A DNA stretch of 58,458 bases, filler included, from Jimgerdemannia flammicorona (GCA_003990765.1; 3 parts of 3 records of this genome joined end to end with filler, not necessarily neighbours in it); one strand, 5' to 3'; positions 34,866 to 47,438 are shown, counted from the whole stretch's first letter. The notes: generated from the letters alone by a model not told the origin. A program made the numbers and translations.

Positions 34866-37679
34866 CCAAAAGGCTTGGCAGATTCTTAAATGTGCAGTCA
34901 ATCAAAACGTCCACCAGGACTTCAGAAAGGGGAGCACGTGTATGCTGAGGTACTCTGTGGTCTCAAGGTACTTCAAGCCTGCCATGTCGTGAGCGAGATA
35001 CTTGACATTTTCGGTTCCAGCGTCGATTATTCCAGAATTAGGAGCGCAGAGAACGATTAGCACATTCGAATACATGCCAAGTAATACTTGGCGAAGAGAT
35101 TGCCGTACTATAGTACCCTACATTTACAAGAAAATATTTGCAACCATTTCAACGAGTCCAACGAAGGCGAGGAAAGTCCAGAGGGCAAAAGGCGGATATA
35201 GCTTGCAAAATACCATATCAATAACCGAGTTTCGCCTTTGGTCAACGTGCCAGAAATGTTTGTGGAGATCCCTCGTAGGACAGCTTCTGCATCTGAACAT
35301 TCGACAAAGGCCTCACAAAGTCTTAAAGAGGAGCTTCCTTTGACAAAAAATATGTTGAGAATAAACGTGCATCCCAGTTTCCCGAGCAATGGGACAATGG
35401 TTGCCGCAGGATGGGTGGGTTGGACGGATTGTGCCAAAGTATAGGCTTTGTGGATCGCACTTTCCGCAACGACTGTCGATTCGTCGGTATCAACCAGAGT
35501 TCGCCGAGCCAGTCTAGGCTGTTCTTTGGTTGTAAGTCCACAGGCGTCTAAGCCAGGCCAGACCGATTCCATAGCCATTGAAGTTGAACCATGGGATTGC
35601 ATCGTCTGACTTGTTCTTGAGGGCGGAAAATACCCTCTTCAGACAATTGATCCCAGTCTGCAACGACCAGCGGCGGATATTGGTGACTTTTGCCATGTAT
35701 TCAAAATTGTACCTTTCGAAGAGCGGAGCTATCGAGCGGCTCATGAGGCGGGGCTCCCAATTCTGAAACAAAAAGTGCTCTTCCTCGGAGGTCACGTAAA
35801 TTGGGGGTTGTGCTGTCTCACCGAAACTGGCGTAGGTTCCATTGGCGAGAAGAATCAACGGCAAACCCCGTACGTTTTGATACTCCAAATCTTTCAACAC
35901 GTACTCCAACTTATTTTTGTCGTCGTCGCTGAGAATCGCTGACCACTGGCCGACCCTACCCCTCAAACACTCCCTGACGAGATGCGGAAAAGCACGATAG
36001 TGGAAGATCTTGTTACACTTCAACGCCTTTTGTATATCTAGCGGAAGTTTTGGTATCATTGGTAAGCCACAACGTGCTAGAAATGGGGTCAAAGAACTGA
36101 AGACTTCGTCTTCCAAAATACCATCCGCGAGAAATCCATCTATTGCAATTGTTGCTTCCAGAAACCATTCCTCGGAACACTGATGTCATGTCGCTGCCGA
36201 TGATTTTGACGACATCATCTAGAATACTCGCCCATAGCTTGTCGACTTTTTGGTGTGTGAATTGCTGTCTTTACGCGATGGCCAAAGGTGTAATCCTCAA
36301 TCGGCAGAGCCGGCTTGCCGTCGGGATTACCGTATTTCGTTAGTGTTTTCACAGATCTGCCCAAGCTCGTGGAATGCAGTGTTGGAAGAGGTGCTGGTTC
36401 CAGTCGGCCTTAACGGTCATCTGTGCGTCGTGGGATAATCTATTCTGACTCGGAGTGGGAAGCTCACGTCGACTGCTGGAAATAGCGAAGAACCCGCGAA
36501 TGAATACGTTGAACGGTGTGCTGACAGGCAAACGTAAAAAACAGAACAGGCTTCCATCGCGTTGTTCGACGGCGCTCAAGCGTGCGGCGACTCCGACCCA
36601 TGGGAAGAGTTTGTCGTCTTTGAGATGTATACCGTAGGTTTCGAAGAAATATTTCTCTGCCTTCGATACGTCCCCCAGGTGATTCTGTACGAGTCAGCGA
36701 GATTTATGATCGTTTGATATGTGGGAGAAACAATCAACCTCAGCGATATATGTTGATGATAGGGATCGACGAGTTTCTTTGACCAGCAATTGAAGGATTT
36801 TTGTCGCTGTTGATGCTGGCCATAATATTTCTCACATTCCGCGCCAGTAGCTATCGTTGTTGTCGGACCTCCTCAGCGTTCAGCAATTCAATCTTATAAA
36901 GCAACTTAGGTACCTTCTCCAAGCATTTCAAGAAGAGTAAACACTCCGCTGTCTCGACCTGGAAATCTTTGAACATCTCCAACACGACTTCAACCGGACA
37001 CGGACTCTTTGAGATCTCCGACAATTTTGCGTGCTCTTTCGTTCGTAAAGGGCACCTGAAGATAGTACCTTTATATGTGCGCTTGAAATCTTTGACCATA
37101 ACTTTGAAGGGTTCAAACTGCGATGTTGGGAACACTTTCTGGAATTCGTCCTCCATGAAATTGTATCTTTCTCCCCCCAGTTCTGCCGAGATCCACACGC
37201 TCGTGAGGATCGAGAATAACGAACTGGTCGTGCGACAAAATCATCGGCAAGTCGGTCATCTGGTAGACGACGTTGAATCCTACGCCGTATCGGCCCGTCT
37301 TGTCAAGATCATCTTTCTTCATACTGTTACCGAGGTTCTCAAGAGAAGAGAAGTCCCTCTCAGTGAACGTGCTGTTATTCACAGCGAGGAGGGATAGACC
37401 TTGGTAGTCGGCCAAAGTAGAGTCGATGAGATCGGTTGTTGAATAGATTTTATGATCCAGCAAAAAAATCTATAAAGAAAAAGGTAGTTTTTCTCAGCAT
37501 GGGTCTATTATAATTTCTATGTTTTAAGGAATCGAAGATAAGTATATGTACCTGTTGTGTACTCCCGGCATCATCTGCATTTTCGCAAAATTTGGGAACC
37601 TTTTGGGTAATCAGTAAGAATACCCTTGACCCTTGCCTTGCAGTTGAAACTTTCGAGGTCTTTGATGAGTGGTTGCCAT
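32651..37679 (-). pseudogene. Decayed paralog of the sacsin-BTB gene
   Basis: Colinear with 20597-29314 but carries frameshifts, exon-1 deletions, a ~3.4-kb deletion at ~34274 (joining equivalents of ~22363 and ~25778), an in-frame deletion at ~33340, homopolymer expansions and a lost stop. Confidence 0.93.
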
Positions 37680-38218
37680 CTCTGATAATACCGTCCAAAA
37701 GATGATGATTTACGAATGCAGTGGTGAATAGGCGCCAGTAAATGACGCTACATCAGACGGAGTATAGTATGCCAGCATGAGCAGTCGTACCGTATTTCTC
37801 GCAGGGGTTTGTAGTTGTGGAGGAATAGCTATATATATGTTTGCTAGTGTGGTTCCGAGATGCCGAGATTAATCACAATCACATGCACTAGAGGGGTGAA
37901 TAACTGCACAATCTACAAGATATCCACGATCAATTCATCTCATTAACTACATTGTCGTGTAACCGAGTTCAAAAGCACAAAGGTATACGAATTAGTCATA
38001 ATTATATGAACATAGTAATTGGAACAACTAGATGAACACAAGGATAATCAGAACAATACATAGCCCACATCCGAGGGCGGCTTTTGTGGAGTTGGAAAAT
38101 ACAAAGGTTCGATTGCGTCACCTATCCTAGACCGAACGCTTAATTGGCCAAAAAGCCACCAAGTCGCGCGTGACTTTGATGACGTAGCCATTCCAGACTC
38201 TCTGCGCCACCTCGCCAA

Positions 38219-38742
38219 CAGCAGAAGCGGGAACAGGGCCCAGCCGATTCCCCAGCTAGGCGCCTCGAAGGAAGACGATGAGTTTGAGAAATTCGCCGCC
38301 GAGGGTGCGTTGTGCTAGTGGGCGCACTCATGGGAAACGCGTAGAAGAGGATTATTTTGTAAGAGTTTCTGGCCTACTAAATGCTTGCCATTCCACCCTT
38401 TATCACTTCGCGCTCTCGCCTCTCGCCCTAACTAAATTGGAACGAACCCGAGGAGGACCAGCAGGATCACTGGTGGGAGGACAACTGGGATGACGACGAC
38501 GTCGAGGATGACTTTTCAAAGCATGAGGTGAGGGAGAATTTGGATCGCGGAGTTTGGGTTTTGGCGTGTTGGAAACCTTTGCGTGTACGGTGTGAGAATG
38601 ATCTAGATATATTCGAACAGATTTTTATGTTGGATCTGATGACTCCGCCATTGACTCACTAATTCCTACTCCCAACACAAATGACCTCACTAATAGGTCC
38701 GAGCTCCAAAAGAAAGCGCAGCCACGGCCAATGCAGATGTAA
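38219..38742 (+). pseudogene. SEM1: SEM1/DSS1 relic, copy 2
   Basis: QLGASKEDDEFEKFAAE|GT; exon 2 DWNEPEEDQQDHWWEDNWDDDDVEDDFSK is preceded by TAA instead of a YAG acceptor (38433-38435); last exon SELQKKAQPRPMQM* at 38697-38742; no start codon. Confidence 0.85.
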
Positions 38743-38942
38743 ACCGACGTCGAGAGTCGGGGGAAAAGGGATAGGGTGGAAAATTGATCGTTTCGGTACA
38801 CATTTCTTGTGCGGGTTGGTGAATGTGCGGCGTGGGTGATGGGGCATGCGGGAAATTGGCGAGAAACAATGGAATCAGGTGGGGCATGGATGAGCACACG
38901 AAGGCCTTTAGTTTCCCGTTCCCCTTTCAATGTTTTTTTTTT

Positions 38943-39042
38943 NNNNNNNNNNNNNNNNNNNNNNNNNNNNNNNNNNNNNNNNNNNNTTAATTAATTAANN
39001 NNNNNNNNNNNNNNNNNNNNNNNNNNNNNNNNNNNNNNNNNN
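38943..39042. other. Artificial contig-joining spacer
   Basis: Same 100-nt N44-TTAATTAATTAA-N44 structure. Confidence 0.97.
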
Positions 39043-39267
39043 ACTATCACTTTTTATTACTGTCACTCTCTATTACTACTTTCTATTATTATTTTCTATT
39101 ACTACTCTATTATCTTTCTCTATTACTACTCTCTATCTCTATTACTCTTAGTAAGTAATCTCTATCCTCACTCTATAAATCATTTAGTTAGAAATTTGTA
39201 ATATTTTTTATTATTTTCTAATAATGTTTTAATATTTCTCAGTATTATATAATTATACTTTATATAG

Positions 39268-39732
39268 TGTAATGGTATAGCCAGATTTGGAAGAAGGAAA
39301 TAGGGAATAGACACTTGATCGCACCCAGTCCCAAAGTAGTATAGCTACATAGTTAGTAGTCCTCGATTTTGCCACTTGCTAAATATTTCACAAAGTGCGA
39401 GATCAAGCTTCTTGATATAATATAGTATTTCACAACTGGCAAAATATTTTACAAAGTATTAAATGACTCATAACTTAGCCACATAACCTAGTAACTATCT
39501 CATAGCTAGCAAACTTGTATAAATAACCCAGTATCTTCAAGTAAATAAACCTCAGATCGAAATAGTTCAAGCAAAGAGATAGCAAAGGAACTAGTAAGCC
39601 TGTGGGCAGATATACTTTGAACTCACCCACCCTCCCCTGCAACTCAAAGGACTCTGAGAAGTTAGAGAAGATCAAGTTTTCAAGATACAGAAATCTGACA
39701 TACTTTCAAGAGTAAGCATCCACTACATTACA
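39268..39732 (+). repeat. 5' LTR (465 bp)
   Basis: TGTAATG...CATTACA; TATAAATAA at 39518 and AATAAA; matches 47938-48406. Confidence 0.92.
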
Positions 39733-39846
39733 ACTTGGTGCCCATTGGCTGGTGATTCAAGATGAATCCCTCACTTTTAAGCTAAATAATGAACAATCAT
39801 CCCTACCTGAACAACTATACAAACTGAGCCCCAATACCCAGATAAG

Positions 39847-42800
39847 ATGGATATGAGACCACCAGTATTCCATGGATATATCTCAGATGAATCAATCATC
39901 ACCTTCATTGATGATTTCAAGCAGTATGCTACTGTAAGGACCCTGACAGCAGCACAGCAAGTAGCCCTCATGCCCTTCAGCCTATGAGGTCCTGCCAGAG
40001 CAGCATTCACAGCCACAACCTATGCAGGAAATGATACTGATACTATACTGACAGCACAGAAGACCTGGCTCTGAAATACATATTATACAGATGAGATCAA
40101 GCAAGCCCTGAAGAATCAGCTCAATATAATATACCAAGGAATAAGCAAGGATCCAAACACATTCTATACCAGAATTCGATATCAGATAATTCTTGCAGAT
40201 TATGCTGCTGCTATCCGAGATCAAGTAGCCGAAGCAATCTTCATGAAAGGAGTCCATCCAGAAATAGCCATGACCATCTGCTCATCACTAGTGATTCTGG
40301 ATCTGCCATAAAAGGTCACCTATGCTCAGCAATACTGGATAGCCAGACACCCACAAGACCATATAATGGAGAGAGTTACAGGAGTCAGAATCAAGGCACC
40401 TAAGTCAACCAGTGTGATCTCTACCACAATGATCAATCGAAACACACCTCAGCCCAAAGCTACAGAGCAGCAAAAGAACAGTGACCCTTTGGAGGAACTT
40501 ACCAAGAGGTTTGTGGAAATGACTGCCCACTTGGAGGATGTAGTAAAGGAGATCAGAGGAAGAGATTGCTGCCCTGTCCAGAAGTTTGCTGCCACCTCAG
40601 ACAAGAAGAAAGGCATCTGCTATACTTGCAGAGAAGAAGGCCACTACTCCTATGAATGTATGAGCGAAACCAAGTGTAAGACTCAACCAAGCAATACTAT
40701 ATGAAACAAGGAGCAGGCCAATACAATTACCTTCAAGGAAATTGGATATTCTGATGAAGAAGAATGGGAGGCCTATCTTGCTCAGACTACTAAGAAGGAT
40801 GTTCACAAGGAACCCTACAAGAGACCACCAGGAAGACCTAAGAAGAACCCAGTAGAAAAGTAGATGGAAATGGCTACTGAAAGCCAAGCTGAAGAGATGG
40901 ACCAAGATATGGAGCTGGAATAAGCAGTTCAAGATATTATCTGAGAAACTACCCCAGCCAGTGAAGGAGAAAAAGAAAAGAAACTTCACAAGACTAAGAC
41001 TTTCAAGTATGATATCTTCAAGGATCTTAGCCAATAAAAGGTCAATACAACCTTTGGTCAGCTTGCAGAAATCCCAACATTTAGATAACAAATGAGGTTT
41101 GGACTTGCCAAAACAACCAAGGAGCAAGGATGGAAGATAACTGAGGCCAATGACATTCAAGAGGACTCAGGAGAAGAAAGTGAAGATAATCGCAAAACCT
41201 CTGCCTATGCTACCTGCCAGATTGAGGACTGAGTCTTTGAAGCCATCATCGATATGGGAGCAGGAGGATATCTCATCACTAAGAAAGCAGTAGACTGCCT
41301 AGGCTGGGAGATAGAAGAAGCCACCAAATTAGTATTTGTTACAGCTGATAGAATATAAGCAATACCTCTGGGAAAGATCTGGGATGTACCCATCAAGTTT
41401 GGAGAAGCCACTATCCTGGTAGATGTCATCGTCACCAATGCAACCAACTATGATATCCTCATTGGCAATCAATAGCTTCACAAAGCCAAGACAATGATCA
41501 ATCTCAGTGCACAGAAGATGCAAATCATCTACTGGGGAAAGAAGATCAGAATTCCCATCAATGTCCACAAAGGAGTCTGCCCGGAAATGGAGAAAGAGCA
41601 AGAAGAAGAAGCCTACATAATTACCATGAAGAAAGAAAAAGATAAGCAGTGGATAGAAGAAGAATGGTACAAAAGGATCGCAGATGGATATGCCCCACTA
41701 GGAAGGTGCCCCCATGGTGAAAGAATATACTATACCCAACACTTGGATTGCTGCTACTCCTGCATCATCAAAGTAAAAAAGATCTCCAACAAGCCAAAGA
41801 AAAACCAGGAGGAACCAGAAGATGGACCACCAGAGCTATTAAATGACAGCAATGATGAAGAAGACATCATAGTCAAGATGTGAAGGATCCATCCTGATGT
41901 AGTCTTGCCATAATATAAATCAGAGAATACAGCAGGAATGAACCTATCTACCACAACACACACAATCCTCAAACCACAAACCACTACTATGCTGGGAACA
42001 GGAATTGAAGTAACCATCCTACCAAATCATATCAGAATCCTCAAGACAAGGAGTAGCTTGGTGAAAAGTGAAATATCCATAGAAGGAGAAGTCATTGATT
42101 CAGACTATATAGGAGAAATCCTCCTCCTCACCAGGAATCATAATCCAACAATCACATTTGAAGTAAAGAAGAAGGATCAGCTGGTACAAATGCTCATCCT
42201 ACCTGTCTTTAACCCAAGAATCAAGGAAGTTGCAAATATCAGACAAACTCAGTGAGGAAGAGCTGTATTTGGCTCTATAGGAAGAGGAGTCCTCACAATA
42301 ACCAAGATTACAAAATTGGAGCACAAGAAGGAGGAAAGCCAAGACAAATACATTTATGTAATCAGAAAGAACTTTCCCCTCAGGAAGGAGTTGCAAAACC
42401 TCTTGCATATATTTGAAGATGTACTGGCCACAGATTTCAAGGACATCAAGACTAAGAAACCCTTGTACTATTATGACATCAATACTGGAGATGCAAAACC
42501 AATCTATCAAAAAGCCCACCCCATTCCGCCAGCATACAGGGAATGGCTCAAGACTAAAATCAAGGAAATAGAGGAATCTGGTATCATCAAGGAAGCCAGC
42601 AGCCCTTGGTCTTCACCTATTGTCCTTGTACCAAAGAAAGAAAGCCAACCAGGAGAATTTGTACCAAGACTCTGCACAGACTATAGAAGACTCAACAAGG
42701 TCACAGAGAAGGATAGACAACCATTGCCCAATATTGGTGACATTCTTATTATATTGGGAAATAAATCACAATTTTACACCACTCTGGATCTGTTCTCAGG

Positions 42801-43803
42801 ATTCTACCAAATTGGCCTTACACCTGAAGCCAGTAAAAGATCAGCCTTCATCACTCCTGATGGAACCTATATCTATCTCTGCATGCTCTTTGGAATGTGC
42901 AATGTACCAACAAGCTTCTAAAAAATGATAAATAGTATCTTTAGGGATGTTATGGAAAAATGGATGATGGTATATATAGATGATGTGATTATCTTCAGCC
43001 AAACAGCCAAGGAGCACTTGGAACATATTGAGGAAATCCTCAGAAGGCTTCACAAAAATGGCCTCTACATCAAGCCCAAGAAATGCAAATTTGGAGAAGA
43101 AGAAATTGCATACCTCAGACACATTATCAACAATAAAGGAATATACACAGATCCCACAAAGATCAAGGCAGTAGCAGCATACCCAGTACCTACCATTGTC
43201 ACTGAAGCCTGAGCCTTCATGGGACTAGTATCCTATTACAGGAGATTTATTCGAAGATACTCTCACATTGCCAGCCCTATCTATGATCTGTTCAGAAAAG
43301 AGATCAAGTTCCAGTGGACACAACAACAGCAACTAGCCTTTGATGAACTCAAGATCAGGCTGACCCAGGCCCCAATCTTGAGAAGATCTAACTGGACATG
43401 AGAATTTATTCTATAGACAGATGCCAGTGCAATGGGACTTGGAGCTGTCCTTGTACAGAAGAAGAATGGTGCCAAGTATGTAGTAGCCTATCTCAGCTGA
43501 GGAACTCATAGAGCGGAGTAGTCCTATGAGTCATACAAGCTAGAATGTCTTGCAGTTATCTGGGCTGTAGAGAAGTTCCACTATTACCTGGTGGGAAGAT
43601 ACTTCACCATCCAGACAGACCACTCAGCACTTACCTGGTTGCTCACCATCAGTGAACCCAAAGGAATCTATGCCTGATGGATCATGAAGCTGCAAGCATA
43701 TGATGCCACAATCACTCACTGCCCCAAAAGAACCAATGCCAATATCAACACCCTCTCATGAATACCCCAAAGGACCCCACTCCCACAAAATCACCATGAA
43801 TAG
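39847..43803 (+). pseudogene. gag-protease-dUTPase-RT-RNaseH polyprotein
   Basis: One frame: RPPVFHG, CYTCREEGHYSYEC, AIIDMGAGG, dUTPase, SPWSSPIVLVPKK, RLCTDYRRLN, YIDD, TDASAMGLGAVL, TDHSAL. Start is approximate. Confidence 0.92.
41870..42282 (+). other. dUTPase domain between protease and RT
   Basis: SENTAGMNL, KTRSSL, GEVIDSDYIGEI, DQLVQMLI, (R)GRAVFGSIG. Confidence 0.87.
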
Positions 43804-44147
43804 GGAGCTGTACTATGGAATCATCAGCTACCTGGGGCAGCAAAAGATGCCCCCACATCTGGAAGAATGGACAAAAACAATTATTAATCAGACATGGAAA
43901 CAATTCAAAACTGATGGAGAAATACTCAAGAAAGGACAACAATTAGTTATCCCTGAGCACCAGAAGAATCAAGTAATGAAAGAAGTACATGAACAAGGCC
44001 ACATAGGAGGAACAAATATATTGTGATGTCTACAATTGACCCTATCCAAATTCGGAGTACCCTGTGACCACAAGATCAGATGACATTATGGTGCAATAAC
44101 TGGTGACCAGCCCAATCTGTCAAGTGATTTCACCAAAAGAAGACAAG

Positions 44148-45218
44148 ATGACCCGAGCCAAAATGAAGACCACATTATTTAAGGAACCCTACTCCGCCTC
44201 AAGGATCGGCACCAAAGAACCAAGTACCCACCACATAATGCCTCCTATTCGCCGAACCAACCAGACCTCCCGCCGCTCTATCCCTTTGCCTGGCCCAAAG
44301 ACCCTGATCTTTGAAGCTATCAAGAAGGCCATCTGGCGCCCAGATACTTCCAAACACTTGAACTTCTACACTGAGGACCTTGGACACTTCATCAACTACT
44401 GGTATATAATGACCCAACAGCTCAAAGACACTACCGAATGAATGACCCTCTGGCATGACTACGAAATTGGACACCGCCTTCGCAATGAGACTCAAGAAGG
44501 CAACCAGGAAGACCTCATTGCCGAAATGTTAACCACCAGCCGGCTAATCAAGAGAGCCCTCCATGTCCATCAAATCTTCCGCCATATTCCCTGGGCTATA
44601 GCACACTTGCAAGGAGTAACAGTTGGTAGCCTCTCCCGCCTATCAACCGAAGATGCTGACTGGATAGAATCTGAAGTAGCCAATGCTATTGGCAGCAACT
44701 GCATTGCCGTAGGAAGCCAACAAACCAAACCTACTCAACCAGGTTTCCACACCACCCCACTCCAAGACAACCATCAAGGTCACTTAATGAGTCTTATGGA
44801 GATATTTGAAGGACTGCCCATCACTATAGAGACACCCATTGGAGCTACCCCAACCACCCACCACCCTGTCAGCTATAATTCACACCTCATCATTTGGGAA
44901 CCAAATCAAGAAGAAGCCCAAGAAGTTCCTGTCTTTGAAGAGGAGACCCAAGAACTCCAAGACTCTGCCCCTGAGGAAACCCCCTCTGATACTGAAACTG
45001 ACGAAGAAGAACAAGAGGAGCAACAGAGAGTCTACCAGTCCTCTGTCCACATTCAAGCTGTTCAAGGGTTGGAGAATGTTGTTGAAGATGACTGGCCACT
45101 TTTCTACCCCCTCACCTCTTGGCCAGCGCTTTCCCCTTTTGAGGAGAGATATGATGAAGAAGAAATCGCAACCCAGCAAGATTTGCCCACCGCGGACGAA
45201 TGGTACTATTCCCTCTAG
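44148..45218 (+). pseudogene. 356-codon accessory ORF in U3 of the solo LTR (one internal TGA at 44439)
   Basis: ORFs 44103..44441 and 44442..45218 are in frame. Core HDYEIGHRL...ALHVHQIFRHIPWAIAHLQGVT, followed by an acidic tail. Confidence 0.8.
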
Positions 45219-45227
45219 AGTACCACC

Positions 45228-45552
45228 CATCAGCCATGAGAACCAAGCTTTTAGTCAGCATCCGTTTTCAGCGTTGCTACCCTCCACAACCATTTCTGGC
45301 AACAATCAGTAATTTTGTCAGCTCATCTGAATCCAGCGTTGCTACCCAGTACTACCGTTTTCAGCATTTTGTCAGCATGTCCGTTTTCAGTGTTGCTACC
45401 CTCCACAACCATTTCTGGCAACAATCACCGCATCCATATCCGTCCATGTCAGCAAGTCAGCAAGTCCAAATCCAGTGTTGCTACCCAGCACAACCGAATC
45501 CAGCGTTACTATCCAGTGCAACCGTTTTCAGCATCTTGTCAGCAAGTCAGCC
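45228..45552. repeat. Imperfect tandem repeats in solo-LTR U3 (CCGTTTTCAGCGTTGCTACCC-type units)
   Basis: Near-duplicate ~52-bp blocks at 45257-45308 and 45373-45426, plus partial units. Confidence 0.8.
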
Positions 45553-47438
45553 CTTCACATCATGCAAGCCAATAGCATAGCTTGCCACAACATAGTATAC
45601 CTTAGCCTTAGTCACGCCCCCTCATAGCTAGCAAACTTGTATAAATAACCCATATTCTTAGAGTGAATAAACCTCAGCCAGATAGTTTTACAGAGAAAAC
45701 ACACTACCTCCAAGAGACCAGATAAATTCTGAGAACAAGATAACCTAGAGCAACGGATTGCTCGGAAGTTTGAGTTAAAGAATTTTCTCTTGCCACGGAA
45801 AGAAAGAAAACGTTCAAGACCCGCCGCTAAGGAAAGCCGCACTAGACCGCCAATTTTGCCACCACAAAAAGTATTCAAGACCAGACCACCATTCGGATCA
45901 CCATTCGGACCGCCATTCGAGACCCGAGACCCAGCTAAGGATTCAAGACCAGACCGCCATTCGGACCGCCACCATTTGACCGCCATTCGAGATTCAAGAC
46001 CCGGAAAACCCAGAAACTCAAGGATACCAGTACAAGACCCGCCAGCTAGCAAGAACAACTGCCAAAGACCCGAACGACCGCCAGGAAACCTTTCAAGTTA
46101 ACCAAGACGGACGAGCGAGCCGTCAACCTCCGCTTCTCCGATTCCTGACCTACTGCGCCACGGACCACTTTAATTGACCACATAAAGAGCAAGCCCATTG
46201 TCGCCACATAAATTCAAGTTCACCACCCTTATCCACTAAACAATTGAGCCATTGACGTCCTGAGCCGTTGAACAACCAAACGTCCCCTGAGCCAACGAAC
46301 AATCGAAGTCCCGCTATTATCAGTTATCGCACGAATTGAATGAGCTGATCACATGACCATCGACTCGTAACCGCCGCGAACGTCACCAACGCATTCAGTT
46401 ATCCATCGCGCGCTTCACCAAGTGGCATACATTGAGCCATGCAGTCAAAGTTCATTATATATATAACCAACGTCACAATATATAACAAAGCAAGAAGAAC
46501 CATGTAGTGGCCTGGAATGGAAGAAGATATCAGACAATTCATCAGAACCTGTGACAAATGCCAGAAATAGAAATAAGATCAACAAAACCAGGCTCTGGGA
46601 TCAGCATACATAAAACCAGTACCATTTACCCACATAGCAATGGATGTAATTGGCCCTCTACCCTTGACCCTAACTGGTAATTGATATATCATTGTCATCA
46701 TAGACCTTTTTACAAAGTGGATAGAAGCAGGACCCCTCAAGGAAGCCAATGTACAGTCAATCGCTGATTTCTTTCACAAGAAAATCATCTGCCAGTTCAA
46801 GACCCCAATACAAGTAACTACAGATAGAGGAATAGAATTCATGAACCAACTCTTTGAGGTTCTCTACAAGAAGTACAAGATCCAGCACATTTGGACCACA
46901 GCCTATCACTCCCAAGAAAATGGACAAGCAGAAAGGACCAACAAGACCCTCAAGAATGTTATCACCAAGATCTGTGATAACTATGAAAACTGGGATCACT
47001 ATCTGCCAATAACATTATCTGCTCTCTAGGATATCAGATCACAAAGTACCCACTTTACCCCCTGGGAGATACTGTTTGGAGAAGAAAGTTCTAGTAGAAG
47101 TTTGTCAGCAAATAATAACACAGTCTGGAAGCATGTGGACACAGAGATATGAAGATTACATCAAATTAGGAAAAAGGCAGAGGATTACATAATCAAGGCA
47201 TAGACACTATAATGAAGCAATGCGGAAAAGATCCACAAGCCCCTGGAGATTATTAAGATAGGAGATGAAGTCCTGGTATACCAGAACATAGTAGAAGCTT
47301 CTTGGTCATGAAAACTGAAACCCAAGTAAGAAGGACCTTACCTGGTGCAAGATATAAAAGGGACCACTTTCTGACTACAAAAGCCCTCAGATACAATAAT
47401 CCCCACCACCATTCACCGAAACTGACTCAAGAAATATC

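Larger units (their letters stand above)
44022..46477 (+). mobile_element. Giant solo LTR (2456 bp) inserted in the integrase
   Basis: TGTGATGT...ACGTCACA ends, ATAT TSD (44018-44021 / 46478-46481), TATA/AATAAA block at 45621-45677 shared with the host LTR, no gag or pol. Confidence 0.88.

Noticed and set aside
20180..38940. Gene module as cargo of a Helitron or large DNA transposon
   Set aside because: No transposase, recombinase, TIRs or convincing hairpin-CTRR end was found, and the contig ends limit the view.
39043..39260. TATTACT(ACT)CTC low-complexity tract
   Set aside because: It is a degenerate AT-rich simple repeat at a contig edge, with no regular telomeric unit.
45612..46101. 148-aa and 103-aa ORFs in the solo LTR
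   Set aside because: They arise from short GC-rich repeats in R/U5, with low-complexity translations and non-ATG starts.
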